Program-made: the position numbers and the translations under genes
NCBI GenBank assembly: GCA_944392845.1
Contig: CALXYE010000095.1
Location: 1 to 35,166 of the forward strand
Length of the DNA stretch: 35,166 nucleotides
DNA from: an uncultured Alphaproteobacteria bacterium
GTDB lineage: Bacteria > Pseudomonadota > Alphaproteobacteria > CAAGCB01 > CAG-977
Direction: 5' to 3'
Part shown: piece after piece, positions 9,299-18,291 of the stretch
Layout: each line of letters starts with the position of its first letter
Numbering within the stretch: position 1 is the stretch's first letter
Notes under the pieces: generated by a model
What the model was told of the DNA's origin: nothing
The model's input: the letters and a program-made list of their open reading frames with translations, nothing else
Database searches by the model: none

Positions 9299-9374
9299 GG
9301 CGCGCCCGGCGGGATTCGAACCCACGACCCTCGGCTTCGGAGGCCGATACTCTATCCAACTGAGCTACGGGCGC
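9298..9374 (-). tRNA. tRNA-Arg(CCG)
   Basis: GCGCCCGTAGCTCAGTTGGATAGAGTA-TCGGC-CTCCGAA-GCCGA-GGGTCGTGGGTTCGAATCCCGCCGGGCGCGCCA, 77 nt with encoded CCA. Confidence 0.96.
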
Positions 9375-9511
9375 ACGGCACTTTCGAAACAATACCCCAT
9401 CCGCAACGAAAAACAAATAAAAAATTCCCAAAATCCAGATTCAACTTGACGCTTGCGGGTTTTGCATATAAAAGGACGTATCGGTTTTTTTATTATGAAG
9501 GATTAAAGACC

Positions 9512-9802
9512 ATGGCAAGACGTTGTATCGTCACCGGAAAAGGCGTAATGACCGGCAACAATGTCAGTCACGCGAACAACAAGACCCGTCGCCGTTTCCT
9601 CCCGAATCTGCAGTCGGTGTCCCTGTTGAGCGAAACGCTGGGCGCTACGGTTACTCTGCGCGTTTCCACGCGCGGCCTGCGTACGATTGAACACAACGGC
9701 GGATTGGACGCTTATCTGGTTTCGACTCCGAACAGCAAGCGGTCCTACGAAGCGCGTCGTGTGAAAAAGCGCATCGTCGGCGTCGCCGCTCAGAAAGCGT
9801 AA
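9512..9802 (+). CDS. rpmB: 50S ribosomal protein L28
   Basis: [34 protein letters not shown], 96 aa. Confidence 0.97.
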   Translation: MARRCIVTGKGVMTGNNVSHANNKTRRRFLPNLQSVSLLSETLGATVTLRVSTRGLRTIEHNGGLDAYLVSTPNSKRSYEARRVKKRIVGVAAQKA

Positions 9803-9823
9803 TTTCCGCGACACAAAAATATG

Positions 9824-9848
9824 AAAGCCGCCCGTTTTGGCGGCTTTT
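9824..9848 (+). terminator. Rho-independent terminator after rpmB
   Basis: aaagccgcc-cgtttt-ggcggcttt followed by a T-rich run. Confidence 0.75.
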
Positions 9849-9992
9849 ATTTTATATAACAAGACGCCGTTTCAAAAAAAGCCTTCCTGCTTTTATAAAA
9901 AACGCTCCCCTGACGACGGCGGCCGCATTGAACTAAAAGTGTCCCGAACGAAAACTTTAAAACAGCGCCGAACGCCGCAACGGCGGCAACCG

Positions 9993-10433
9993 TTACAATT
10001 TCCTGATAAAGCAAATGATTCTCCCGGCTTCGGCAACCCCCGCCTTTTTATGAAAGGCCGCGCTTGACGCGTTTTCGGATTCGCAATCGCTGCCGAATTC
10101 AACGGCGCCCTTTTTTCGGCTCCATTCTTCACATGCGCCGACTAATTTTCTTCCGATTCCTTTGCGGCGAAATGACGCGTCAACAAAAATCCCTTCCAAA
10201 TAACCGACGGGAAACGTTTCCGCCCCTTCAGCGTAATCTTTTCGAAGCGTACATTGGGCAAAAGCGACGGGCCCGCCGCCTTCTAAAGCCGCAAACAAGG
10301 CGGCATCTTCGTCCGCGGCGTATTTTTCAAGTTCCGCAAGCAACGCCGCAGTTTCATGCTCCGGCTACAATGCCGAAGCCAAGCCGAGGACCGTTTGCGC
10401 TTCTCCGCGCGTCAGCCTGACAATCCGCGTCAT
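9993..10433 (-). pseudogene. aminoglycoside 6'-N-acetyltransferase-like (AAC(6')-I type) GNAT with an in-frame amber stop
   Basis: From the ATG at 10433 (AAGGA RBS): MTRIVRLTRGEAQTVLGLASAL*PEH... with TAG at 10367-10365. Downstream motifs LRKDYAEGAETFPVGYLEGIFV, EFGSDC and SAAFHKKAG. Confidence 0.8.
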
Positions 10434-10516
10434 AATATCTTCCTTTTTTACCGATATTCTCCGAGATACGGGCGGCGCTCTCGGTATTTTTCGGCGCCGC
10501 AAAAAAACAAGCCTTT

Positions 10517-11644
10517 TTAATCCAGCGTCTTCTTATAGGCTTTCATTGTTATCAGGGTAATGATCGCGACGAAAGCCGTCAATGACCAAAAATTCGGCGC
10601 AACGTCGGCAAAGCCCGCCCCTTTAAGCATAACGGCGCGAACAATCCTTAAGAAATAAGTCAAAGGAATACAGCTTCCCAAATATTGCGCCCATTCGGGC
10701 ATTCCGTAAAACGGAAACATAAACCCCGTCAGCATCAAAGACGGCAACAAAACGAAAATCGACATTTGCAATGCCTGCGTTTGATTTTTCGCCGCCGTCG
10801 AAATCAAATAGCCGAGCAGCAAATTGCACGTAATAAACAGCAATAATGCCGCCGCCAGCACGCCGCCCGATCCCAATACGGGAATCCCGAACAAAAAGCG
10901 CGCCAAAAACAAAATAACGCCCGACTGAAAAAATCCGATAAAAATGAACGGACAGATTTTGCCGACCATAATTTCGAACGGACGGGCGGGCATGGATAAC
11001 AGGTTTTCCATCGTCCCGCGTTCCCGTTCGCGGGTCAGCGCCATCGCCGTCATCATCACGCCCGTAAAAATCAGCACCATGCCGATCAACCCGGGAACGA
11101 TGTTGTAGCGGGTAAAACCTTCAGGATTATATTTTTTCTGAACGGTGAACGAAAAAGGCGGACGGACGGCGGCCAAATCCGCAAGAGGGCCCTTTAATTC
11201 TTTGGCAATGACGCTTTCGGCAATTCCCTGCAAAGCGCCCAAAGCCCCCGATACGGACGTCGGATCCGATGCATCGGCTTCGATCAGAACCGAAGGCGCT
11301 TTCCCCCTGACGACGTCCGCGGTAAACCCGTCGGGGAACGTAATGACGAACATGTCTTTTCCCGACCTTAAACGCGCATCCCCCGCGTTATCCGAAAAGA
11401 CTGCGCCCGCAATTCTGAAATATTCGGAACGCTCCAAAGCCGAAACGATGCTGCGCGTCAAAAAGGTATCGTCCCGCAAAATCACGCTTGCGGGCAGATA
11501 CTTCGGATCGGTATTAACGGCGTATCCGAACAGCAAAAGCTGAACGACGGGAATCATCACGATCATGACAAGCGTCGGCCTGTCCCGTTTAAGCTGAATG
11601 AATTCTTTTTTTATCAGCCCTTTGATTCTCTGCCGCGAAAACAT
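10517..11644 (-). CDS. ABC-2 transporter permease (YbhR/YbhS-like)
   Basis: KEFIQLKRD, LLLFGYAVN, REREGTME-like RERERGTMENLL and LTGFMFP. Confidence 0.9.
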   Translation of the reverse strand: MFSRQRIKGLIKKEFIQLKRDRPTLVMIVMIPVVQLLLFGYAVNTDPKYLPASVILRDDTFLTRSIVSALERSEYFRIAGAVFSDNAGDARLRSGKDMFVITFPDGFTADVVRGKAPSVLIEADASDPTSVSGALGALQGIAESVIAKELKGPLADLAAVRPPFSFTVQKKYNPEGFTRYNIVPGLIGMVLIFTGVMMTAMALTRERERGTMENLLSMPARPFEIMVGKICPFIFIGFFQSGVILFLARFLFGIPVLGSGGVLAAALLLFITCNLLLGYLISTAAKNQTQALQMSIFVLLPSLMLTGFMFPFYGMPEWAQYLGSCIPLTYFLRIVRAVMLKGAGFADVAPNFWSLTAFVAIITLITMKAYKKTLD

Positions 11645-11645
11645 G

Positions 11646-12563
11646 TCAGTTTTCCTTCGCCCGATTCATGTAATATATGAACGCATCTTCCAGCGAAGTC
11701 GGCACTTCGTCTAAAGAAAGACCGTTTTCCGAAGCCTGCGGAGCAATCAAACGTTTCAAGGCTTCGCCGTCCGTCCCGCTGACGTGCAGGTCTTCGCCGA
11801 ATAAAGCCGTCGTTGCGACGGCGGGATTGCCTTCCAACGCTTCGCGGACTTTAGCGGCGTTTTTTCCGCCGACGCGAAACGTTTTCAGCTTCGTTTTCGC
11901 AATAACTTCTTCAACGCTGCCTTTCGCCATCAGGTCGCCGTAAGCGATATAAACAATCTCATGGCAGCGTTCCGCCTCATCCATATAATGCGTACTGACC
12001 AAGACGGTCAGCCCCGCCTCCGACAAACGGTACAGTTCATCCCAGAATTCCCGCCGCGCCTTCGGGTCAACGCCCGCCGTCGGTTCGTCAAGCAACAGAA
12101 TTTCGGGTTCGTGAAGAATACAGGCGGCCAGCGCCAAACGTTGTTTCCACCCGCCCGACAGCGCCCCCGCAAGCTGATCCGCGCGGCTTTCCAAGCCTAA
12201 CCCCTTCAGCGCTTTTTCCACCCGTTCGGAAACGCGGTTCATACAAAAAACGTTTGCAACAAATTCTAAATTTTCACGAATGGTCAGATCTTCCCAAAAA
12301 CTGAATTTTTGAGTCATATAGCCGACTTTTTCCTTAATTTTTTCCGCCTGAGTTCTGAAATCCATTCCCAGACACGTCCCTTCGCCGCCGTCAGGCGTCA
12401 GCAATCCGCACAACATGCGGATCGTCGTCGTCTTGCCGCTGCCGTTCGGCCCCAAAAATCCGAAAATGCGTCCTTTCGGCACGCGAATGTCAATGCTGTT
12501 CACAACCGTCCTGCCGCCGAAACTTTTCGACAGGCCGCGCACGTCTATCGCCGCTTCATCCAT
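11646..12563 (-). CDS. ABC transporter ATP-binding protein
   Basis: Walker A GPNGSGKTT, signature LSGGWKQR and Walker B LLLDEPT. Confidence 0.93.
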   Translation of the reverse strand: MDEAAIDVRGLSKSFGGRTVVNSIDIRVPKGRIFGFLGPNGSGKTTTIRMLCGLLTPDGGEGTCLGMDFRTQAEKIKEKVGYMTQKFSFWEDLTIRENLEFVANVFCMNRVSERVEKALKGLGLESRADQLAGALSGGWKQRLALAACILHEPEILLLDEPTAGVDPKARREFWDELYRLSEAGLTVLVSTHYMDEAERCHEIVYIAYGDLMAKGSVEEVIAKTKLKTFRVGGKNAAKVREALEGNPAVATTALFGEDLHVSGTDGEALKRLIAPQASENGLSLDEVPTSLEDAFIYYMNRAKEN

Positions 12564-13509
12564 TTTCGCCGATCTCCACGGTTACGGGTTGCCCCGGATG
12601 AAGGTTTTCCGCCTTGTTTTCAAAAACGGCCTCGACCATAAAAACAAGTTTCTGACGGCTTTCCACGCTGTAAATAACGGGCGGCGTATATTCCGCTTTG
12701 CCCGAAATGAAAACGACTTCGGCAAGCCTGTCCCCGCCGCACCCGTCGCAAGTTACCCGAACTTTCATATTCGGTTTGACGCGCGCCAAATCCTTCTGAG
12801 GCACGAAAAAGCGAACCTTGACGTTTTCGGGCGGCAGGAGCGATAACACGGGCCTGCCCGCCGCCACGAATTCTCCCTTTCTGAAAAAAACGTCCTCGAC
12901 GCGCCCCGCCGTTTTTGCCCTGACCGACATTTCCGAAGCCTGCCGTTCCAATTTTTCCAGATTGCTCACGGTGATTTTCAGGTCGGCGTGCGCCGCCGCT
13001 ATCCTGTCTTCGCGCGCTTTTAATCCCCCCGCTTTATAGCTTGCCGACAGCTCGGCAACTTTGGCTTTCGCCGTTTCGTACTCCGCCTTCCGCGCATCAT
13101 AAGCCGAACGGGTTGCATTTCCGGATTCAAACAGGGCCGCAATTCGCCGAAACTCCGACAAGGCGTTTGCCAAAACGGCCTCAGCCTGTTCCTTCTGTTT
13201 CAGGATAACGTCTAATTCTTCCTTACGGGTTCCTTTATTCAGATCGGCCAAAGACGAACGGGCGCGCGCGACTTCCTCCGCCGCCCGTTTCAACTCCAAA
13301 CGCCAAATTTCGGAATCAACCGAAAACAGTTTATCGCCGACGGCCACCGAATCGCCCTTAGCGACGTTCACTTCGTCCAGAACTCCGCCCGCATACGGAG
13401 AAACATAAACATATTCTCCTTCAATATAACCGTCAAAGCCCGTCTTTTCGCGCGGCATACACCCGAAACACAGCAAAAACGCGACAAACACGGCAGATTT
13501 TTTAAGCAT
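12556..13509 (-). CDS. HlyD-family membrane fusion protein (YbhG-like)
   Basis: GYIEGEYVYVS, a coiled-coil hairpin and AEYTPPVIYS. The likely start MLKK at 13509 overlaps the regulator stop. Confidence 0.88.
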   Translation of the reverse strand: MLKKSAVFVAFLLCFGCMPREKTGFDGYIEGEYVYVSPYAGGVLDEVNVAKGDSVAVGDKLFSVDSEIWRLELKRAAEEVARARSSLADLNKGTRKEELDVILKQKEQAEAVLANALSEFRRIAALFESGNATRSAYDARKAEYETAKAKVAELSASYKAGGLKAREDRIAAAHADLKITVSNLEKLERQASEMSVRAKTAGRVEDVFFRKGEFVAAGRPVLSLLPPENVKVRFFVPQKDLARVKPNMKVRVTCDGCGGDRLAEVVFISGKAEYTPPVIYSVESRQKLVFMVEAVFENKAENLHPGQPVTVEIGENG

Positions 13510-14143
13510 CGCGCGCCTCCTTCGCCGCATTCAAAACGGCGTCGCAGTTTCTGTAAACGATTTTCAATATTTCAGAACGCGTTTTCTCGTCATATCCCCC
13601 GATCTCCAAACGTCGGAGCAAAATCTCGCGATGCAAGCGAAAAATAAAGACCTGTCCCAAAAGCGTATGCGCCAAAATCAACGTTTCGGGAGAATCTGCC
13701 GGCAAATCCGCCGCCTTTCCGGCCAAAGCGCACAGTTTTTTGTGAACGGGCTCAAAAACGCCTGCGTATATCCTGCCGTACGCTTCCGTCGGATGCATAA
13801 GTTCCCTAAGCACCAAACCCGCCATATCGTCAGATAATCCGCTTTCGCACAAAAAGATAAAAAGTCGGCCGAGAAGCGCCTTTAGCTCTCTCCCCGCCTC
13901 CGCGGGCGTCAAAGCCTCGGCGTCGGCAAGATTGCCGAAAGAAGGAAACGTCTTCCCGATTTCTTCGCCCGCCCGCGCTATAACGGCATTATACAGTTCA
14001 CGCTTCGATCCGAAATAATACGTTATCGCGGACAGATTCACGCCCGCCCGACGCGCCAGCTCGCGCGTCGAAACGCCTTCGTAACCGCAAACGGCAAACA
14101 GGCGGGTCGCTATCGTCAACAGTCTTTCTTTCGTGTCTTTCAT
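13502..14143 (-). CDS. TetR-family regulator, CecR/YbiH-like
   Basis: HTH GYEGVSTRELARRAGVNLSAITYYFGSK, and C-terminal RELMHPT and LLGQVFIFR. First gene of the exporter operon. Confidence 0.85.
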   Translation of the reverse strand: MKDTKERLLTIATRLFAVCGYEGVSTRELARRAGVNLSAITYYFGSKRELYNAVIARAGEEIGKTFPSFGNLADAEALTPAEAGRELKALLGRLFIFLCESGLSDDMAGLVLRELMHPTEAYGRIYAGVFEPVHKKLCALAGKAADLPADSPETLILAHTLLGQVFIFRLHREILLRRLEIGGYDEKTRSEILKIVYRNCDAVLNAAKEARDA

Positions 14144-14182
14144 CGTTCCGTCCTTTTCCGCGCGTATCTTAATCCTTATCCG

Positions 14183-14210
14183 AAAATAAGTCAATCGACT
14201 GATTTATTTT
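14183..14210. promoter_or_regulatory. candidate TetR operator (imperfect palindrome)
   Basis: aaaataagtca-atcgac-tgatttatttt, one mismatch in the 11-bp arms, 40 bp upstream of the regulator ATG. Confidence 0.6.
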
Positions 14211-14266
14211 TACGGTTTGATAAAGCGGTTAAAAAACGTTTATCGTTAAAGGCGGAGGAAGTTTAC

Positions 14267-14806
14267 ATGCTCTTAACCACCGAAAGAATGATTTTGCGCC
14301 CGTGGCGGGAAGAAGACGCTCCCGCCCTTTACGAACTGGCAAAAGACCCTCAAATCGGTTGCGCCGCCGGCTGGGAACCGCACGCTGACATTAACGAAAG
14401 CCTGAATATTATTAAAACCGTCCTTTGCAATTCGCAAATAGAAGAAGACTTTGCCTTAACATTTAAAGAACAGGAAACGCCGATCGGATGCGTCGGCCTG
14501 CGCGTCGGAAAGCAAAGCTCGCTAAACATCGCGGAAAACGAAGGCGAAATCGGTTTTTGGCTCGGCACGCCGTATTGGGGAGCAGGGTTAATGACGGAAG
14601 CCGCAAAGGAAATCATCCGTTACGGTTTTGAAGAAAAAAAGCTTTCAAGCATTTGGAGCGGATACTACGACGGCAACGAGCGTTCAAAACGCGTTCAGGA
14701 AAAATGCGGACTGCAATACCGTTATACGGTCGCCCGAAAGCCCGTCCCCCTTTTAAACGAAATCCGAACGGAACACGTTACCTGCCTGACGAAAAAGGGA
14801 CAATAA
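14267..14806 (+). CDS. RimJ/RimL-family GNAT N-acetyltransferase
   Basis: TERMILRPW, EIGFWLGTPYWGAGLMTEA and NERSKRVQEKCG. GGAGG RBS. Confidence 0.88.
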   Translation: MLLTTERMILRPWREEDAPALYELAKDPQIGCAAGWEPHADINESLNIIKTVLCNSQIEEDFALTFKEQETPIGCVGLRVGKQSSLNIAENEGEIGFWLGTPYWGAGLMTEAAKEIIRYGFEEKKLSSIWSGYYDGNERSKRVQEKCGLQYRYTVARKPVPLLNEIRTEHVTCLTKKGQ

Positions 14807-14867
14807 CCGTTTGACGGTACGGCCGTTATTTTTTCGTTGTACCCCCCCCCCCCTCCTTTTCCCTTTG

Positions 14868-15174
14868 TCCGCAACGGATCGTCGGATGAAGCGCGAACCC
14901 GAAGAGAGGGGGCGACTCCCCCGCCCGATACATAAACAATAAAGCCTTCGGAAAAATCCGAAAGCTTTATGATGCGGTGTCCTCGGGGGGACCGCTAAGC
15001 GAAAACGGCAAAGGCGTTTTCGTCTGCAAGGTCGCTGATATCCCGATCCGTCAGGAAGCAAAGCCTTCCGCAACGGATCGGCGGATGAAGCGCAAACCCG
15101 AAGAAGAGGGTTCGACTCCCCCGTACGATACATAAACAATAAAGCCTTCGGAAAAATCCGAAGGCTTTATGATG
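14868..15174 (-). repeat. ~200-bp tRNA-linked tandem repeat (one full unit plus one truncated)
   Basis: 14868-14974 is a near copy of 15067-15174. The sequence at 14975-14991 (cggtgtcctcgggggga) is a degenerate tRNA 3' end. Each unit has the hairpin ataaagccttcgga-aaaa-tccgaaggctttat. Confidence 0.88.
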
Positions 15175-15251
15175 TGGCGTCCTCGGGGGGAGTCGAACCC
15201 TCGACCCTCAGTTTAGGAAACTGATGCTCTATCCTGCTGAGCTACGAGGAC
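15175..15251 (-). tRNA. tRNA-Arg(CCU)
   Basis: GTCCTCGTAGCTCAGCAGGATAGAGCA-TCAGT-TTCCTAA-ACTGA-GGGTCGAGGGTTCGACTCCCCCCGAGGACGCCA, 77 nt. Confidence 0.95.
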
Positions 15252-15328
15252 GCTAACCCTTACTTTTTACCCGTTTTCATCCGAAAAGAAAAGGAAAAAG
15301 AAAAGGCGGGGATTTTCCCGCCTCCGCT

Positions 15329-16078
15329 TTAGAGTATTTTACTGAGGAAATAGGGCATCTGATTACGCCAAGACGGCCAATCATGGGGAACGTCATAGCC
15401 CCAATAATCAACCCAAGCAGGGATGTTTTTGGCGCGAAGGATGTCTTCCATTACATGCGTGTCGTGCAGGCATTCGTGTTCCCACGCGCCTTGGCCGCAA
15501 CAAATGATGATGTCCGAACGGCGGTAAAGGTTCAGGATGTGTTCGTCGTTCATGTTCGGCAGGTATTCCATCGGAGAATTGAAATAGATGCCGTCTTCCG
15601 AACAATCGCCGAAAAACGAACGCACGCTGTAAAGTCCGCTCAAGGAAATCATGCCGTCAAAAATGTCGGGGCGGCGGAAAAAGAAATTCGCCGCATGCAA
15701 GGCGCCCATACTGCACCCCGTGGTCATCATGCCGCCCGCGCGGTAACCGTTGCTGCCCATCTGATTGACGTCCAAAGCCCAGGGAACGACCTCTTCGCAG
15801 ACGTAATGAAAATACTGTTCGAAACGATACAACCTGTCGCCCGGCCAGCCGTAATTTACAAACGTTTCCCAATCCAGCCCGTCAACGCAAAACAGCTGCA
15901 ACCGCCCTTCTTCAATAAAGCCCGAAACGGCGTCCACCATTCCGAAACCTTCATATTCGTAAAACCGTCCGCATTGCGACGGGAATACCAATGTCGGGCG
16001 TCCCGCATGACCGTACACCTTTAATTCCATGTGACGGCCGAGGCTGGGGCTGTATTCGTTATAATATTCGACTTTCAT
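15329..16078 (-). CDS. alpha/beta-hydrolase putative esterase
   Basis: GCSMG nucleophile elbow, YGHAGRP, GQGAWE and HDWPSW. Confidence 0.85.
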   Translation of the reverse strand: MKVEYYNEYSPSLGRHMELKVYGHAGRPTLVFPSQCGRFYEYEGFGMVDAVSGFIEEGRLQLFCVDGLDWETFVNYGWPGDRLYRFEQYFHYVCEEVVPWALDVNQMGSNGYRAGGMMTTGCSMGALHAANFFFRRPDIFDGMISLSGLYSVRSFFGDCSEDGIYFNSPMEYLPNMNDEHILNLYRRSDIIICCGQGAWEHECLHDTHVMEDILRAKNIPAWVDYWGYDVPHDWPSWRNQMPYFLSKIL

Positions 16079-17262
16079 CAGTATTTTTCCTGAACAAAAT
16101 TCATGATTTCGTCGGTTTCTTCCTGCGTTTTTGCGCGCATCAGGTACATGTGGTCGCCCATGACGGGGGCGAAGATTGCGTCAACGTCATGATACTGCAT
16201 CAGATTTTCGCCGTAACGTTCGACGATTTCTTCGTGCGTATGAACATAGTTAAAGCAGTCTTTGCGTGCCAGATAAATGCCGATATATTTCTTTTCCGTC
16301 GGCTGATACAGCTTGTCATGGACAATCATATCCGCATAGAGCTGATAAACGTCGGTATCGTGTTCATAGTTCATCAGTTCGGGCATACATCCGCCGGGGG
16401 GACGCATATTGACTTCCAAAGCGACGTAATCGCCCGCCTTACCCAAACCTTTCTTGTCCTCGTAAAGTTTGAAAAATTCAAAGTGGAAGAAACGCGCCGC
16501 CGTATTAAAGGCGGAAACAACGGCACGCCCCGCTTTTTCCAGCTTCGGATCAATTTGCATAACGGAATAATAGCGCAGGTCGTCGCCGCAGTTGACCGTT
16601 TCCGCCACATTCTCGGGGAAAATGTGGCTGGTCATAAAGATCGGTTCGTTTTCATAATTCGTCACGCCGTCAAACGTAACGATCAAACCGTTGACGAATT
16701 CTTCCATAACGTACGGAACGGGCGGATGATCGTTATAGAACGCGTCGAATTCCTCGCGATTGCTCAGCTTATAGGACGCATAAGCGCCGACGCCGACGTC
16801 GGGCTTGACGAAAACGGGGAATCCGACTTCCGCCAAAAATTTTTCGCCTTCCTCGCGGGTCGATACCAGATGACAACGCGCCGAAGGAACACCCGCTTTT
16901 TTAAAGTGGTTTTTCATCAGGTACTTGCGTTTATTTTCCAACACGTCGGGATACTTCGTTCCTTCAATGTTAAAGTCGGTACGCAGACGCGCATCCGTTT
17001 CCAGCCAGTATTCGTTAAAGGATTCCAACCTGTCGATACGCCCGTATTTATGCGTAAAATACGCGACGGCGCGCAACATTTCGTCATAATTTTCCATATT
17101 GTCGACGCGGTAATATTCGGTCAGAGACTCCTTCAGGTAAGGAGAAAGGGAATCATAAGGGGCTTCGGCGATTCCCAAAACGTTCACGCCCATTCTTTTC
17201 AAACGATCGGCAAAATTGACGTAGTGCGTCGGAAAATGAGGGGAAAGAAAAACAAAATTCAC
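16078..17262 (-). CDS. ATP-grasp domain protein (carbamoyl-phosphate-synthase-like fold)
   Basis: GTG start at 17262 after an AGGAG RBS. Motifs FPVFVKPDVGVGA, MEEFV, FFHFEFF and LEVNMRPPG. Confidence 0.85.
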   Translation of the reverse strand: MNFVFLSPHFPTHYVNFADRLKRMGVNVLGIAEAPYDSLSPYLKESLTEYYRVDNMENYDEMLRAVAYFTHKYGRIDRLESFNEYWLETDARLRTDFNIEGTKYPDVLENKRKYLMKNHFKKAGVPSARCHLVSTREEGEKFLAEVGFPVFVKPDVGVGAYASYKLSNREEFDAFYNDHPPVPYVMEEFVNGLIVTFDGVTNYENEPIFMTSHIFPENVAETVNCGDDLRYYSVMQIDPKLEKAGRAVVSAFNTAARFFHFEFFKLYEDKKGLGKAGDYVALEVNMRPPGGCMPELMNYEHDTDVYQLYADMIVHDKLYQPTEKKYIGIYLARKDCFNYVHTHEEIVERYGENLMQYHDVDAIFAPVMGDHMYLMRAKTQEETDEIMNFVQEKY

Positions 17263-17408
17263 GGTAATAACTCCTAAACGGTCTGCTTTTAGCACCTTGT
17301 GATAAATTCGCAAGCTCGGCCGTCAATGTCAAATTATTTTTAGTTTTCTTTATTATAAAAAATGGGATAAAAATAAACCGAGACGAAATAATACTTGGAG
17401 AAGATTCT

Positions 17409-18278
17409 ATGTCCAAAGTACGCAAAGCCGTTTTCCCCGTCGGCGGATTGGGAACCCGTTTTTTGCCCGCGACGAAAGCCATGCCCAAGGAAATGCTTCC
17501 CATCGTAGACAAGCCTTTGATTCAATACGCTTTTGAAGAGGCCAAAGCAGCGGGCATTGAACATTTTATCTTTGTTACGGGTCACGGCAAAACGGCGATT
17601 GAGGACCATTTCGATTCCAATTCCCGTTTGGAAGAGCTGTTGCGTAAAGACAACAAAACCGAACTGCTGGCCTTTTTAAAGGATTGCTCCTTTGATTCGG
17701 GCGAAATCTCTTACACGCGCCAAAGCGAGCCGAAAGGATTGGGGCATGCGGTTTGGTGCGCGCGCGATCTGGTCGGGGACGAACCGTTCGCCGTGCTTTT
17801 GCCCGACGACATTTTTCATTGCAAGACGCCGTGCCTGAAACAAATGACGCAAATCTATTCCGAAGTCGGCGGCAATCTGGTCGCCGTACAGGAAGTCCCG
17901 CGCGAACAAACCTCCAGATACGGCGTTTTGGACGTCGAAACGGATAACGGCCTTTTGGTTCGCGCCAAGGGCGTCGTCGAAAAACCGTCTCCCGACAAGG
18001 CGCCTTCGACTTTGGCAATATCGGGACGCTATATTTTATCCCCCGAAGTGTTCAAAGAACTGAACAAGCAAAAAACGGGCGTATCGGGAGAAATTCAGCT
18101 GACCGACGCGATCGCCTCAACATTGTCGAGGGTTCCCATGCACGGCATTCGTTACGAAGGGCGGCGTTTTGACTGCGGGAACAAAATCGGCTTTTTGATG
18201 GCAAACATTGAATTTGCGCTTGACCGTCCCGACATTGCCTCCGAATTCAGGGAAGCGATAAAAACTTTGAACATTTAA
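17409..18278 (+). CDS. galU: UTP--glucose-1-phosphate uridylyltransferase
   Basis: KAVFPVGGLGTRFLPATKAMPKEMLPIVDKP, GLGHAV, VEKP and GEIQLTDA. Confidence 0.96.
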   Translation: MSKVRKAVFPVGGLGTRFLPATKAMPKEMLPIVDKPLIQYAFEEAKAAGIEHFIFVTGHGKTAIEDHFDSNSRLEELLRKDNKTELLAFLKDCSFDSGEISYTRQSEPKGLGHAVWCARDLVGDEPFAVLLPDDIFHCKTPCLKQMTQIYSEVGGNLVAVQEVPREQTSRYGVLDVETDNGLLVRAKGVVEKPSPDKAPSTLAISGRYILSPEVFKELNKQKTGVSGEIQLTDAIASTLSRVPMHGIRYEGRRFDCGNKIGFLMANIEFALDRPDIASEFREAIKTLNI

Positions 18279-18291
18279 ACGGCGGCCTTTG

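Noticed and set aside
8976-9374. tRNA 3'-end duplications as attL/attR of a genomic island, or as a CRISPR array
   Set aside because: The copies are only about 160 bp apart with near-identical intervening DNA (no unique spacers), and the window has no integrase or cas gene.
8992-9511. ORFs overlapping the tRNA repeats, including the 221-aa extension of rpmB
   Set aside because: They are shadow frames across repeats and a tRNA. L28 starts at 9512.
1644-17262. Either ATP-grasp enzyme as the maturase of the 96-aa repeat peptide
   Set aside because: Both are 6-7 kb away and sit in their own operons. Neither context resembles a graspetide cluster.
15991-17277. 428-aa + strand ORF, and similar long antisense ORFs such as 21131-22066 and 26438-27220
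   Set aside because: They are antisense shadows of well-supported genes and have no recognisable motifs.
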